NCBI RefSeq assembly: GCF_004010195.1
Contig: NC_057719.1
Coordinates: 4,827,794 to 4,891,793 of the forward strand
Direction: 5' to 3'
Origin: Chiloscyllium plagiosum
Taxonomy: Eukaryota
DNA: 64,000 nt
The position numbers and the translations under genes are program-made. Below, piece by piece: positions 53,076-64,000 of this stretch (its first letter is position 1; every line of letters begins with the position of its first letter). Below the pieces are notes generated by a model. It was not told the DNA's origin and searched no databases. It saw only the letters and a program-made list of their open reading frames with translations.

Positions 53076-53115
53076 GCACTGATGATGTCGCCTAGCCAGG
53101 GGACGAAACGTTTGC
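53076..53115 (+). ncRNA. Putative minimal type I hammerhead ribozyme (Penelope-associated)
   Basis: GCA-CTGATGA-T-GTCGCCT(AGCC)AGGGGAC-GAAAC-GTT-TGC: core, stem II, palindromic AACGTT and 3-bp stem I. Confidence 0.6.
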
Positions 53116-53321
53116 AACAAACACTTCCAGCTCGGCGAACATTACTTGTACATTTTAATCTCTGGAGAGCACTGTTCAGTGCAGATACTAAACCATTGAG
53201 TGGTGAATTGAGTTTGTCTGAATCTTGACTGAATAGTCAATACACAGAATGTCTTCAACACAAGTGCAGGACTAAAGTTCTTTTCTTTCCATTCTGCTCT
53301 GAGAGGCCATTTACAGACATG

Positions 53322-54435
53322 GGGAGGTGATGGCCTATGGCTATTAGTCCAGAGACCCGGGTAATATTCTGGGGACCCAGTTCAAATCCTGCCATGGCAG
53401 ATGGTGGGTGGAATTTTAAATTTAAATTAAGAATCTAATGGTGACCACGAATCCGTTGTCAATTGGAAAAAAGCAATCTGGTTCACTAATATCCTTCAGG
53501 GAAGGAAATCTGCCATCCTTACCTTGTCTGGCCTACACGTGACTCCAGACCCACAGCAATGTGGTTGACTCTCAATTGTACTCTGAGCAATAAATGTTGG
53601 TCTATTCATGAATGAATTTTTTTTAAAAAACTTGTTTCTTTGTTTGAAAGACAAATGTGATCTGGAAATTTCCTCTTTGTGCGGATGTCACTTATAAATT
53701 GACCTTCAACTGAGTGACTTGCTATAGCCATTTCAGAAGCCAATTGAGACTAAACCACATTGCTTTGGGTTTGGAGTCACATCTAGACCAGACCAGGTAA
53801 GGATGGCAGATTTCCAAACCCTAGGTTTTAACAAAAATTGACAGCAGTTTCATGGTCACCAATGGACTAGCTTTTTAATCAGATTTCCACTGAATTCACA
53901 TTTCACTGTCTGCTATTATGTCAAGCCTGTGTCCCTGGGATCTAAAGCCTGGGTTTACTGGGATTGCTAACCCAGTGACATTACCCAATGTTGCTAACCA
54001 TCTCGCCTTAGCTTCCCATCATTCACAGGATATTGCTGCAGGGCCAACAGTTATTATCCAGCCCGAGTGGCGCTAAATCATTTCTGAGGGCAATTAAGAG
54101 TCAACCACATTGCTGTGGGCCTGGAGTCACATAGACCAGACCAGCTAAACAGAGATACAGAAACCAGGAGAAGCCAAATGGCCCTTTTGAGGCTGCTGCA
54201 CCATTCAAAATGATCATGCAGATTTCTTTCCTTATTGGACATTAGTGAACTTGTTGGACCATTTTGCAAAAATGATAGTTTTGTGATCAATAGTATGGAC
54301 ACTGCCTTTTAATTATAGACTTATGAATTGAACTTGAACTTAAACTCTGCCAACTACCATGGTAGATTTTGAGCCCGTGTCCAGAGCATTCATCTGGGCC
54401 TTAGGAATCCTAAACCACGATACCACCATTTCCCT
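53322..54435. mobile_element. Three copies of the second SINE family (+ 53322-53616; - ~53700-54005; - ~54078-54435)
   Basis: Shared GTGACTCCAGACCCACAGCAATGTGGTTGACTC core on either strand. Confidence 0.7.
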
Positions 54436-55029
54436 GATACCAAACTCCCCTTTCTCCCCCACAGCCCATCCCTGAAAGGGTTATAGTCAGAGCTTTCAAG
54501 ACTAAAACTGATGGATTTTCATTGGGCAAGGAGAATAAAGTGAAGGGTGATGATCCGAGGTCAGGCATGATGTGGTAGACCCAGCTCCCATAATAGTTGT
54601 TGTATTTATTTCATCCCAACTTCTTTCCATCGATTTTAATACTTGTTACAAATGCTATTAACATACTTTACCATGAAGACTGACACGAAGTATTAATTCA
54701 ATTCAACTGCCATTCCCTCAATTTTGTCCATTTTTATAAATTTAAAGAAGCTGTTCCTTTTTTTTTAAAATTTTCTCCCTATTTAGTGTTCAGTTGAAAC
54801 TTTGTTGATACACAGCATGCATATAGTCTCTCCCCACCATAAATATAATTTTTTTAAGTTTGTGTAACTGGTTAAAGACTTTTGCACAGTGAGTCCAACG
54901 GAACATTCTTTCTTGGATGTGTCTTGGGGCTTTTCCTTTTGAAAACCTACTGATGAAGTCAATACTAAATAAAACCGAAAGAACTGCTGATGCTGTAAAT
55001 CAGAAATGAAAACAGAAGTTGCTGGAAAA

Positions 55030-55760
55030 GCTGTTTTGGCTTTTAAAACTGTCTCAGTCCTCTGGTTTACCACAAATCTTTGCCACATTGTTTTTCTTTT
55101 CAGTTTGATGCTATCCTTAACTTCCTTGGTTAACCATGCACAGTTTCTCCTCTTCCCAAAATCCTTCTCCCTCACTGGGATATATTTTTGAGTCATGAAC
55201 AGTTTTGTTAATTGCCTGACATCATTCATCATGGTTTGTGCTAAGCTCCTTTCCCTGCCCACTCCAGCCATCTCTGCCCTGATTCCTTTTGTAAATTCCT
55301 TTATTTAAGTTAGCATATATGTTCAGACCTGTGTTTCTCACACTCAACATGAATGTTAAATGTTACCATGTTATAGTCACTGTTCCCCAATGGGAGGGGG
55401 TCTTCCAATTTGAGATGATGTTAAAAATCTGCCTCCATGCACATTAATACATACAAAATAGACTGATCCATGATTGGATCGACAATGTGTTACTTGAGAA
55501 AGCTATCCCGAAATACTACCAGAATTCCTCTTCCTCGTGATCTTAGCCAACTTGACTTTCCCAATCTGCATGATTAAAATCAACCATAGTTAATGTACTT
55601 CCTTTTTATACATCATTATCTCATACCTTATTGTCTATCCTACAGTACGCTACTGATAGATGGTCTAAGGACTACTCCCACCAGTGCTGCCTTGTTATTT
55701 CTTACCCCTATCCCTGTGGATTCTGGGTCTTCAATCCAAAATCATTTCTTACTATTGTAC
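55030..55760 (-). mobile_element. Degenerate CR1 5'-region fragment
   Basis: QKYIPVREK..WLTKEVKDSIKLK linker motif. Confidence 0.6.
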
Positions 55761-56428
55761 TTATTCCAGGACTGTAGTCCTAGTATAGTTCAAGTGAAGC
55801 CCATCCCATAGGAACAGCTCCCTTCTACCGCAGAAATGGTGCCAGCGCCCCATGAGCTGAAATCTATTCCATCCACACCATTTAATTTCCTTGCTTTCTC
55901 TCCCCAATGCGAATTAGCTCATGGCTCAGACAGTAATCCTGAAATTATTACCTCAGCATCCACTTTTCAATTTTGCTCTGAACTATTTAAAATCTATCAA
56001 CAGAACTTCCTTTCCACTCCGATCAATGTTGTAAATGATTGATAACTGGATCCCTCCCCTTCAGCCCTGGCACTGAGCAGGCATCAGGGCTCCCACTCAT
56101 GGCTACGGAGCACAATATCTGTTCCCAACCAGCACTCCATCCCTATTGCCAACCCGACCTGAATGCTTCCTTGTGTCACAGCACAGTGGGCAATTTGTGC
56201 ATTGTCTCTGTCTCTGAAGTCCCCATTCTTACCTCCCTAGCTTGAAAGATTGCTGTAACCCTGCATGGCCTGAGGTTCCTCTCAAGCTTCCCTTTTGGCA
56301 GGTCCCTACACCTGCCTTGCCTCCTGTTCTTGCTTTTAATCAAAATCTAAATGACTAAATCTAAAAGATGTCTGTCTCCTGGAAAACGTTTGTTGTGTTC
56401 GCAGCTTAGACTCCAGCTCCTTATCTCT

Positions 56429-56762
56429 GGCGGCATGGTGGCTCAGTGGTTAGCACTGCTCCCTTACAGCGTCAGGGATCAGAGTTCAATTCCATCCTCT
56501 GGCAACTGTCTGTGTGGAGTTTGCACATTCTCCCTGTGTCTGCATGGCTTTCCTCCGGGTGCTCCGGTTTCCTCCCACAATCCAAAGATGTGCAGGTCAG
56601 GTGAATTGGCCATGCTAAATTGCCATCATGTTCCGAGATGTGCAGGTTCAATGCATTAGTCAGGTATAAATGTCGAGGAATGGGTCTGGGTGGGTTACTC
56701 TTTGGAGGGTCGATGTGGACTTGTTGGGCTGAAGGGCCTGTTCCCACACTGTAGGGAATCAG
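56429..56762 (+). mobile_element. V-SINE (HE1-like)
   Basis: GGCGGCATGGTGGCTCAGTGGTTAGCACTGCT head, V-domain and tail. Confidence 0.88.
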
Positions 56763-59699
56763 ACCTGAAGTAGCTTGAGTTGTGAATACTTCCCATAGGA
56801 ACAATTACTCTGAATCGTTTTGGTGACTAGCAACTCTCTCATGCTTCAGTAGCAATACATCACCTGACCTGCTAGCTGTATTATATTTGATTTAATTGAT
56901 TCATTAATCACTTTAGTGTCCCTGCTCTTTGCCCTTCTGTAATAATTATCACTTTGGTATATTTTAGTACATTAGAGGTGTTAAATAAACACTTTTTTTG
57001 TTGTTGTGAGTGGCTGAATGGTGCCTACTAAATTATTTTTCAAGCTTTCAAACAATAAACAAAACCTTCAGATTCCATTTGTAAGTTTTGAGCTTGGCCT
57101 TTCCTTTTCCAATCCTGACTATTTTAGTGGTGTGATTGGTAGGCAGTGATGCAGAGTTATTGGATTATATATTGCTTTGAACTCGTCCGTGTTGGGGGTC
57201 TGGGGTTAAACATCTCAAATTCTTTTTGGTTGACATTGGCAGAGACTTTAATCCTCTTAACTGCATTTAAAATGAGTTCCAGAGATGTAAGAACAATGTT
57301 TTAACTCACTGTCATTAACAATTCCAGATGCAAGTTTTGATCTTGGTGATTCAATCCCAGCTGTGGATAATGATCAACAAGACAGATCATGGAGTGAAGC
57401 TGGGCTTGTTGGATCCTAATTTAGCGTATTTTATAAAATCAATAGTAATGTTCCTAGCACTGGACCGAGAGGCTAGGGTTCAAGCCCCACCCGCCTCAGA
57501 CGTTTATCATAACGTAAACAGAAATTGCTGGAAAAGCTCAGCAGGTCTGGCAGCATCTGTGAAGAGAAATCAGAGTTAATGTTTCAGATGTGGTGACCCT
57601 TCCTCAGAAACTGACCCAAAATGTTAACTGTGATTTCTCTCCAAAGATGCTGCCAGACCTGCTGAGTTTTTCCAGCAATTTGTTTGTTTCCAATTTACGT
57701 AATCTACAGTTTGTTGTTTTTAAGTGTGTAATAACATCTCTGATTAGGTTGATTTTAAAAAGTAGGTTAAGTTAATAAAACTAATATCATGGCAATCAAT
57801 TTTTGAACAGGCTCACAAGAGGCTGCTGGTGTACTTGTAACATGAGGTATAACATTGGATTTGATTGTAGTCACATGTACCTGAGTACAGTGAAAAGCTT
57901 TGTTTTATGAGCAGTACAGGCAGATCATAGCAAACAGGGACATACAGAACAAAGGGTGCTTAATCAGAGTGAGGCACCCAAGGTTACACTGCACAGGAGA
58001 TGCATAAAGCAAGATTCAGCAGTCTAATAACGGCAGAGAAGAAGCTGTTCTTGATTCTGTTGGAGCAGTGTTCAAGCCTCTATCTTCTGCCCAATGGAAG
58101 AGCTTGTAGGAGAGCATTACCGCGGTGGGAGGGGTCTTTAATGATATTGACAGCCTTTCCACAGTAATGAGAACTGTAGTTGGAGTCCATGGATAGGAGG
58201 TTGGCTTCCATGATGGGTGGGAAAAAAAAATGAATATATCACAACAGACAGAAATTGGGAAGATTTCATTACAAACATCAGAAAAGGTTTCAAGTTTACA
58301 CTCTTCCTTTTATCTCTTGGCAAACTCCTTGCCAAAACCCAAACTTCAGTGGACAGTCCCTTCTCTTTCCACGTGTAAGTGTCTCACTCAGGCTGGCACA
58401 GCTGCAACCAGTTTCCTTCCTCGATGGTCGGACATTCGTTCTAATTGCAGTCTACATCAGTTCAAGTCTTTGGCAAATTATCCCTGTCCAGCTTTTCAAA
58501 GTTTTCAGGGTAGTCAGAAATACTGGGATTTAGAAACTTCAAGCTTCTGGGTGCCTGATAGTGTGAAAACAATTTCGAGAGAGACCTGCAGCTGTTGTCT
58601 TTACTGTCTGTGTTTGGTCGGTAAAGTGAAACTGGACAGTATTGCTATGCAATCATTTAACATATATCCATGCTGTACATCTCTATGACTCTACAACTTC
58701 ATGGTCTTCATAACACCAAGATTTCCAGTGTTCACAGGCCCCAAAAGCTGCTTGTTGTCTCCTTGAAAGCTGAGCTTAGCTTTTTCTCGAAGCCATCTGA
58801 TTTTTCTGTAAACAACAGTTGGCTTACAAATTGAAACTGACCGTTGTTTGCATTCTTTGAAACAGCATGACAAACACTTGCCTATTCAGGAAATGTCCAC
58901 ACTTTTCTGCATATTCTGTTGTTTTTCATGCATTGTAAAATGTGTGTCTTTCCAACATGGGGTTGCAGATTGGCTGGCTGGGGTAGTAGGAGGACACGCT
59001 TAATCACCTCTGTTGTTTATTTAGAATCTCTTTAATTGTGTGGTTTGATGCTGCATTCAGTTTGGGTTCTTTTACAGACTGGTCAAGGAGAAGGCAAATT
59101 CAAATTCAAGACTGCCTTCAGGCTAGAATTCTAGTAGTTCATTACAGTTTAATATTAAAGACTGCTATATATGTTGTCACTGATGTACCTGGCTCTGACC
59201 TAATGGATATGTTAGGTAAGGACTGATCAAACTACTTTGTGTTCATGTCCACATTTTCCACCATTGTGTACAATGGTATCGTCTGGTGCAGTCTTAGTAT
59301 GGGGTTCGAGAGTATTTGAACTCTCTCACACACGCGTGTGCGCACACACGCGCGCACATGCTTTCTCCAGGGTCTGCAACCTTTGCACAATAGATCTTAA
59401 AAGTTCTACCTCAGAAGGCAGATGGGACCTTGCTTGAGCATCTGGTCTGTGAGGTGGCACTTCCTGCTAGTGGAATGCTCCCTCTGTAGTCCCCTAAAGT
59501 GAAGCCTCAATTGTAGGCCCAAGGGCTGTAAGCACACTCCCCTTTCTCTGTATGGAAACATTGATTGTAGAGGGTGAAGAATTAGAGGTTTCTACTTTTA
59601 ATTTATGTGCAGTTGTTCATACCAGCAGTTGATTTCGCTTGGAATCTTGATAAAAGGAACATGTCACTGAAGCTTTTTATCTTCCTCTCATCAGAACAT

Positions 59700-61150
59700 A
59701 TGCAAGAGTACCAATGTCAGGGAGTCAGGGGGCTGAGTTGAGTATGGTTGCCATTACAAAAGAGAAAGTGCTAGAAAAGCTAAAAGGTCTTAAAATTGAT
59801 AAATCTCCTGGCCCCGATGGGTTACATCCTAGAGTTCTGAGGGAGGTGGCAGAGGAAATAGTGGAGCCGTTGGTTGAGATCTTTCAAAAGTCACTGGAGT
59901 CAGGGAAAGTCCCAAATGTTTGGAAGATCGCTGTTGTAACACCCTTGTTCAAGAAAGGATCAAGACAAAAGATGGAAAATTATAGGCCAATTAGCCTAAC
60001 CTCGGTTGTTGGTAACATTCTAGAATCCATCATTAAGGATGAGGTTTCTAAATTCTTGGAAGAGCAGGGTCGGATTAGAACAAGTCAACATGGATTTAGT
60101 AAGGGGAGGTCGTGCCTGACAAACCTGTTGGAATTCTTTAAAGAAGTGACAAGTAGGTTAGACCGGGGAAACCCAGTGGATGTGGTCTACCTAGACTTCC
60201 AAAAGGCTTTTGATAAGGTGCCACACGGGAGGCTGCTAAGCAAGATGAGGGCCCATGGTGTTCTATTGGTGAGGTGAGCTACTGGTATGGATTGAGGATT
60301 GGCTGTCTGACAGAAGGCAGAGAGTTGGGATAAAAGGTTCTTTTTCGGAATGGCGGCCGGTGACCAGCCGTGTCCCGCAGGGTTCAATGTTGGGGCCGCA
60401 GCTGTTCACATTATATATTAATGATCTGGATGAAGGGACTGGGGGCATTCTAGCGAAGTTTGCCGATGATACAAAGTTAGGTGGACAGGCAGGTAGTACT
60501 GAGGAAGTGGGGAGGCTGAAGAAGGATCTAGACAGTTTGGAGGAGTGGTCCAGGAAATGGCTGATGGAATTCAATGTGAGCAAATGCGAGGTCTTGCACT
60601 TTGGAAAAAAGAATACAAGCATNNNNNNNNNNNNNNNNNNNNNNNNNNNNNNNNNNNNNNNNNNNNNNNNNNNNNNNNNNNNNNNNNNNNNNNNNNNNNN
60701 NNNNNNNNNNNNNNNNNNNNNNNNNNNNNNNNNNNNNNNNNNNNNNNNNNNNNNNNNNNNNNNNNNNNNNNNNNNNNNNNNNNNNNNNNNNNNNNNNNNN
60801 NNNNNNNNNNNNNNNNNNNNNNNNNNNNNNNNNNNNNNNNNNNNNNNNNNNNNNNNNNNNNNNNNNNNNNNNNNNNNNNNNNNNNNNNNNNNNNNNNNNN
60901 NNNNNNNNNNNNNGAGATATTTCTTCAGCCAGAGAGTGGTGGGCCTGTGGAATTCATTGCCGCAGAGTGCAGTGGAGGCCAGGACGCTAAATGTCTTCAA
61001 GGCAGAGATTGATAAATTCTTGATGTCACAAGGAATTAAGGGCTACGGGGAGAATGCGGGTAAGTGGAGTTGAAATGCCCATCAGCCATGATTGAATGGC
61101 GGAGTGGACTCGATGGGCTGAATGGCCTTACTTCCGCTCCTATGTCTTTT
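59700..61150 (+). mobile_element. Relatively young 5'-truncated CR1 LINE (RT domain to 3' UTR), sense in intron 3, with a gap
   Basis: KSPGPDGLHPRVL..NYRPISLTS..YLDFQKAFDKVPH..VPQGSMLGP..FADDTK; frame change near 60262. Confidence 0.92.
60623..60913. other. Assembly gap (N run)
   Basis: N characters. Confidence 1.
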
Positions 61151-62727
61151 GGCCTTATGTCAAATGATTGCAGCAATTTATATTTTCTAATTACGCTGTT
61201 CAGAAATGTTACAAAGCACCACCTGAGCAAGTGGGGCTTGAACCCAGGTCTCCTGGTAGGGGCATTATCACTCCACCACAAGAGCCCTTGTTGTGTGTTC
61301 TGGAGTTTTCTAACCAACCTATTCAGAAATCTTATTACAGAGGTATGGGCACTGCCACTGAATCATAAGCACCTACCGCAGCAGTTTATACAACTGGGAA
61401 AAAAATGAATTTTCTCAAGCAAATTGTTATCTGTTTTTAATTATTCAGGAACATTTGAGGCAGGGCTGGGGGTTTATTATAATTTGCTGTTGGGAAAGAC
61501 TTTGCAAATACCAGAGTTGATTTGGACATTCAGTTCCAATTTATCCTGCAGTAGAGTTATGATGGCTTGAAGTTTGACATTCTTGTGTTTGTCCTGATGG
61601 GTCCAGGAGGAAAGGTTTCAGCGACAAGATTCCCAAGCTGTGCTGCTGTGTAATTGTTTGGCTGAACATTCTACAGACAGAACATAGGATTTCTAATCGT
61701 TTTTATTGATTTTAGATGGGATGAGAGAATGACTGACTGGGACAGTGAAGAGTAAGGGGAGCGCGAATGGAGTTGTACAGAATTGAAGAGTTTTGATAGT
61801 GAAGACCAATCAGTGTATCAAGGATGGCACTTATCAGAAAGGTGTAACTTGCCGATTCCGGGGAAATGACTAGATAGGATTCAACTGCTTGAGTTTCTAA
61901 TTGTGAAACACACGACCATTTTACTGTCATCACAAAGAATTGTTAAATGCAATGGATAAGTCAAGGAGGTGTTTTGAAGTGCCACTATACCATTTGTAAC
62001 ATGTGGCTTTGTGTCATCGGAGATGTTTTGATTTAGATTCTCCTGATCCGACAGCATGAATCTGGGACTTCACTCAAACAGGGAGAAGAAACTACTGACC
62101 TTTACACTCGGGGGGGGAAAACGAAGAAACCTGTCTTCGTGCTTTGACTTGCTTACTAAGCTATGACAGTCGGTCTGTCACCCTGCCAGCCCTGACCAGT
62201 GCCACCTTCCACTGGCCATCTAATCTTTATAGAGAGCTGGGTTACTCCAGTGAGAAGTCTTTTAGGCTAATTTAAGAATGACTGACTGAATTAATTGCCC
62301 TCCTATTCCAAAGGTAATCAAACAGAAGGAGCTGGGCAGCACATTGAATGTGTGGGATTGCTGTGTTCCCCAAAGATGTGTGCATCCTGATTAGCTGGCT
62401 AACATTTTTGTACAGAATGATTTATGACTTGGGGTTAAATTGCTCCCAGTACTTAACTGGCCTTGTTTAATTTGGTATTGGTAGAAGAAACATAGAAAAT
62501 AGGAGCAGAAGTAGGCCATTCCGACCTTTGAGTCTGCTCTGCCATTCTGTATGATCATGGTCATCCAATTTAATCCCCTGTTCCCACTTTCTCTCTGTAC
62601 CTGGGGGTGGGGGGGGTGACGAGTGTGCTGATTATGTTGTGGAAAGGACAGGATGGGTTACTGCAGGGTATGACTTGGAGTCAGCCTGCTGATTGGTCAC
62701 TCGTTAATCCTGGATAAGGTTGAGCTT

Positions 62728-63760
62728 AGAGTCCTAGAGATGTACAGCATGGAAACAGACCCTTCGGTCCAACCTGTCCATGCCGACCAGATATCCCAAC
62801 CCAATCTAGTCCCACCTGCCAGCACCTGGCCCATATCTCTCCAAACCCTTTGTATTCATATACCCATCCAAATGCCTCTTAAATTTTGCAATTGGACCAG
62901 CCTCCACCACATTCTCTGGCAGCTCATTCCATACACTCACCACCCTCTGCGTGAAACAGTTGCCCCATAGGTCTCTTTTATATTTTTCCCCTCTCACCCT
63001 AAACCTATGCCCTTTAGTTCTGGATTCTACGAACCCACGGAAAAGACTTTGCCTATTTATCCTATTCATGTCCCTCATAATTTTGTAAACCTCTATAAGG
63101 TCATCCAGGGAAAACAGCCCCAGCCTGTTCAGCCTCTCCCTATAGCTCAAATCCTCCAACTTTGGCAATTTCCTTGTAAATCTTTTCTGAACCCTTTCAA
63201 GTTTCACAACATGTTTCTGATAGGAAGGAGACCAGAATTGCACGCAATATTCCAACAGTGGCTTAACCAATGTCCTGTACAGCTGCAACATGACCTCCCA
63301 ACTCCTGTATTCTGACCAATAAAGGAAAGCACACCAAACACCACCTCCACTATCCTATCGACCTGCGACTCTACTTTCAAGGATCTATGAACCTGACTCC
63401 ATGGTCTCTTTGTTCAGCAACACTCCCTAAGACCTTACCATTAAATGTATAAGTCCTGCTAAGATTTGCTTTCCCAAAATGAAGCACCTCATGTTTATCT
63501 AAATTAAACTCCATCTGCCACTTCTCAGCCCATTGGCCCATCTGATCAAGATACTGTTGTAATCTGAGGTAACCCTCTTTGCTGTCCACTACACCTCCAA
63601 TTTTGGTATCATCTGCAAACTTACTAACTGTCCCTCTTATGCTCTCATCCAAATCATTGATGTAAATAACAAAAAGAAGAGGACCCAGCACCGATCTCCA
63701 TGTAGATCACATCTACCGCTCTGCCCTCATCAATCATCTCTTTACTTCCTCAAAAAACTC
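62728..63760 (-). mobile_element. CR1 LINE 3' fragment
   Basis: [48 protein letters not shown]. Confidence 0.9.
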
Positions 63761-64000
63761 ATCTTCTTGAATTAATTTCCTGTAATTATGTATAATGAAT
63801 AATTTCCATGTACAAAGGAATCTAGCTGAATGGTGAGTATGCTGTCACACACCTGGCTTAAACCTTGTAGATGGTGGAGAAACTTTGAGGTTTTTCATGC
63901 TTTGTTTATGGGATATACGCATCGCTGACTAACCCCAGCATTTATTTTCCATTCCATTGTCCAGAGGCCAGTTTAGAAGCAACCACACTGCTGTGGGTCT

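Larger units (their letters stand above)
51523..53140 (+). mobile_element. Young Penelope-like insertion (inverted plus direct terminal repeats, GIY-YIG C-terminus) spanning an assembly gap
   Basis: HEFDWDNTTIIGQARQRTAREFLEAWHS..SINK; 51570-51810 is the reverse complement of the 3' end; 12-bp TSD ATTACTTGTACA (51511-51522, 53141-53152). Confidence 0.88.

Noticed and set aside
51718..53095. Long ORFs of 282-453 aa
   Set aside because: Length comes from read-through of the N gap; only short Penelope GIY-YIG C-terminal pieces are real
60263..61073. ORFs spanning the second gap as an intact gene
   Set aside because: N-run artefact within a truncated, frameshifted CR1
42413..64000. CCDC88C exon 4 (expected to read like EVLQQLIVMNLPNVL)
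   Set aside because: No matching sequence with splice sites recognised by eye; probably beyond the window, although I cannot exclude a miss or a location in a gap

Overview
Vertebrate, repeat-rich genomic DNA. The CR1 LINE, V-SINE (HE1-like) and Penelope-like repeat families suggest a shark or other elasmobranch (inference). The only host gene I can support is the 5' end of CCDC88C (Daple) on the + strand. Its coding exons 1-3 are at 24784-24843, 25306-25406 and 42304-42412, preceded by a GC-box/CCAAT promoter; I did not find exon 4 in the window. Nearly all other ORFs in the track are transposon fragments or repeat artefacts. Two unusual signals stand out. (1) A ~35-bp minisatellite (about 50 units, 22430-24187, with decayed units back to ~17.7 kb) abuts the promoter, and each unit resembles a same-orientation CTCF core plus upstream TGCAG motif. 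(2) Three sequence families of Penelope-associated minimal hammerhead-ribozyme cores (CTGANGA-stem-GAAA-palindrome), including a tandem pair inside an inverted-repeat cassette and a sense-strand copy in CCDC88C intron 3. There are two assembly gaps (52006-52813 and 60623-60913). TE boundaries are approximate unless a target-site duplication (TSD) is given.
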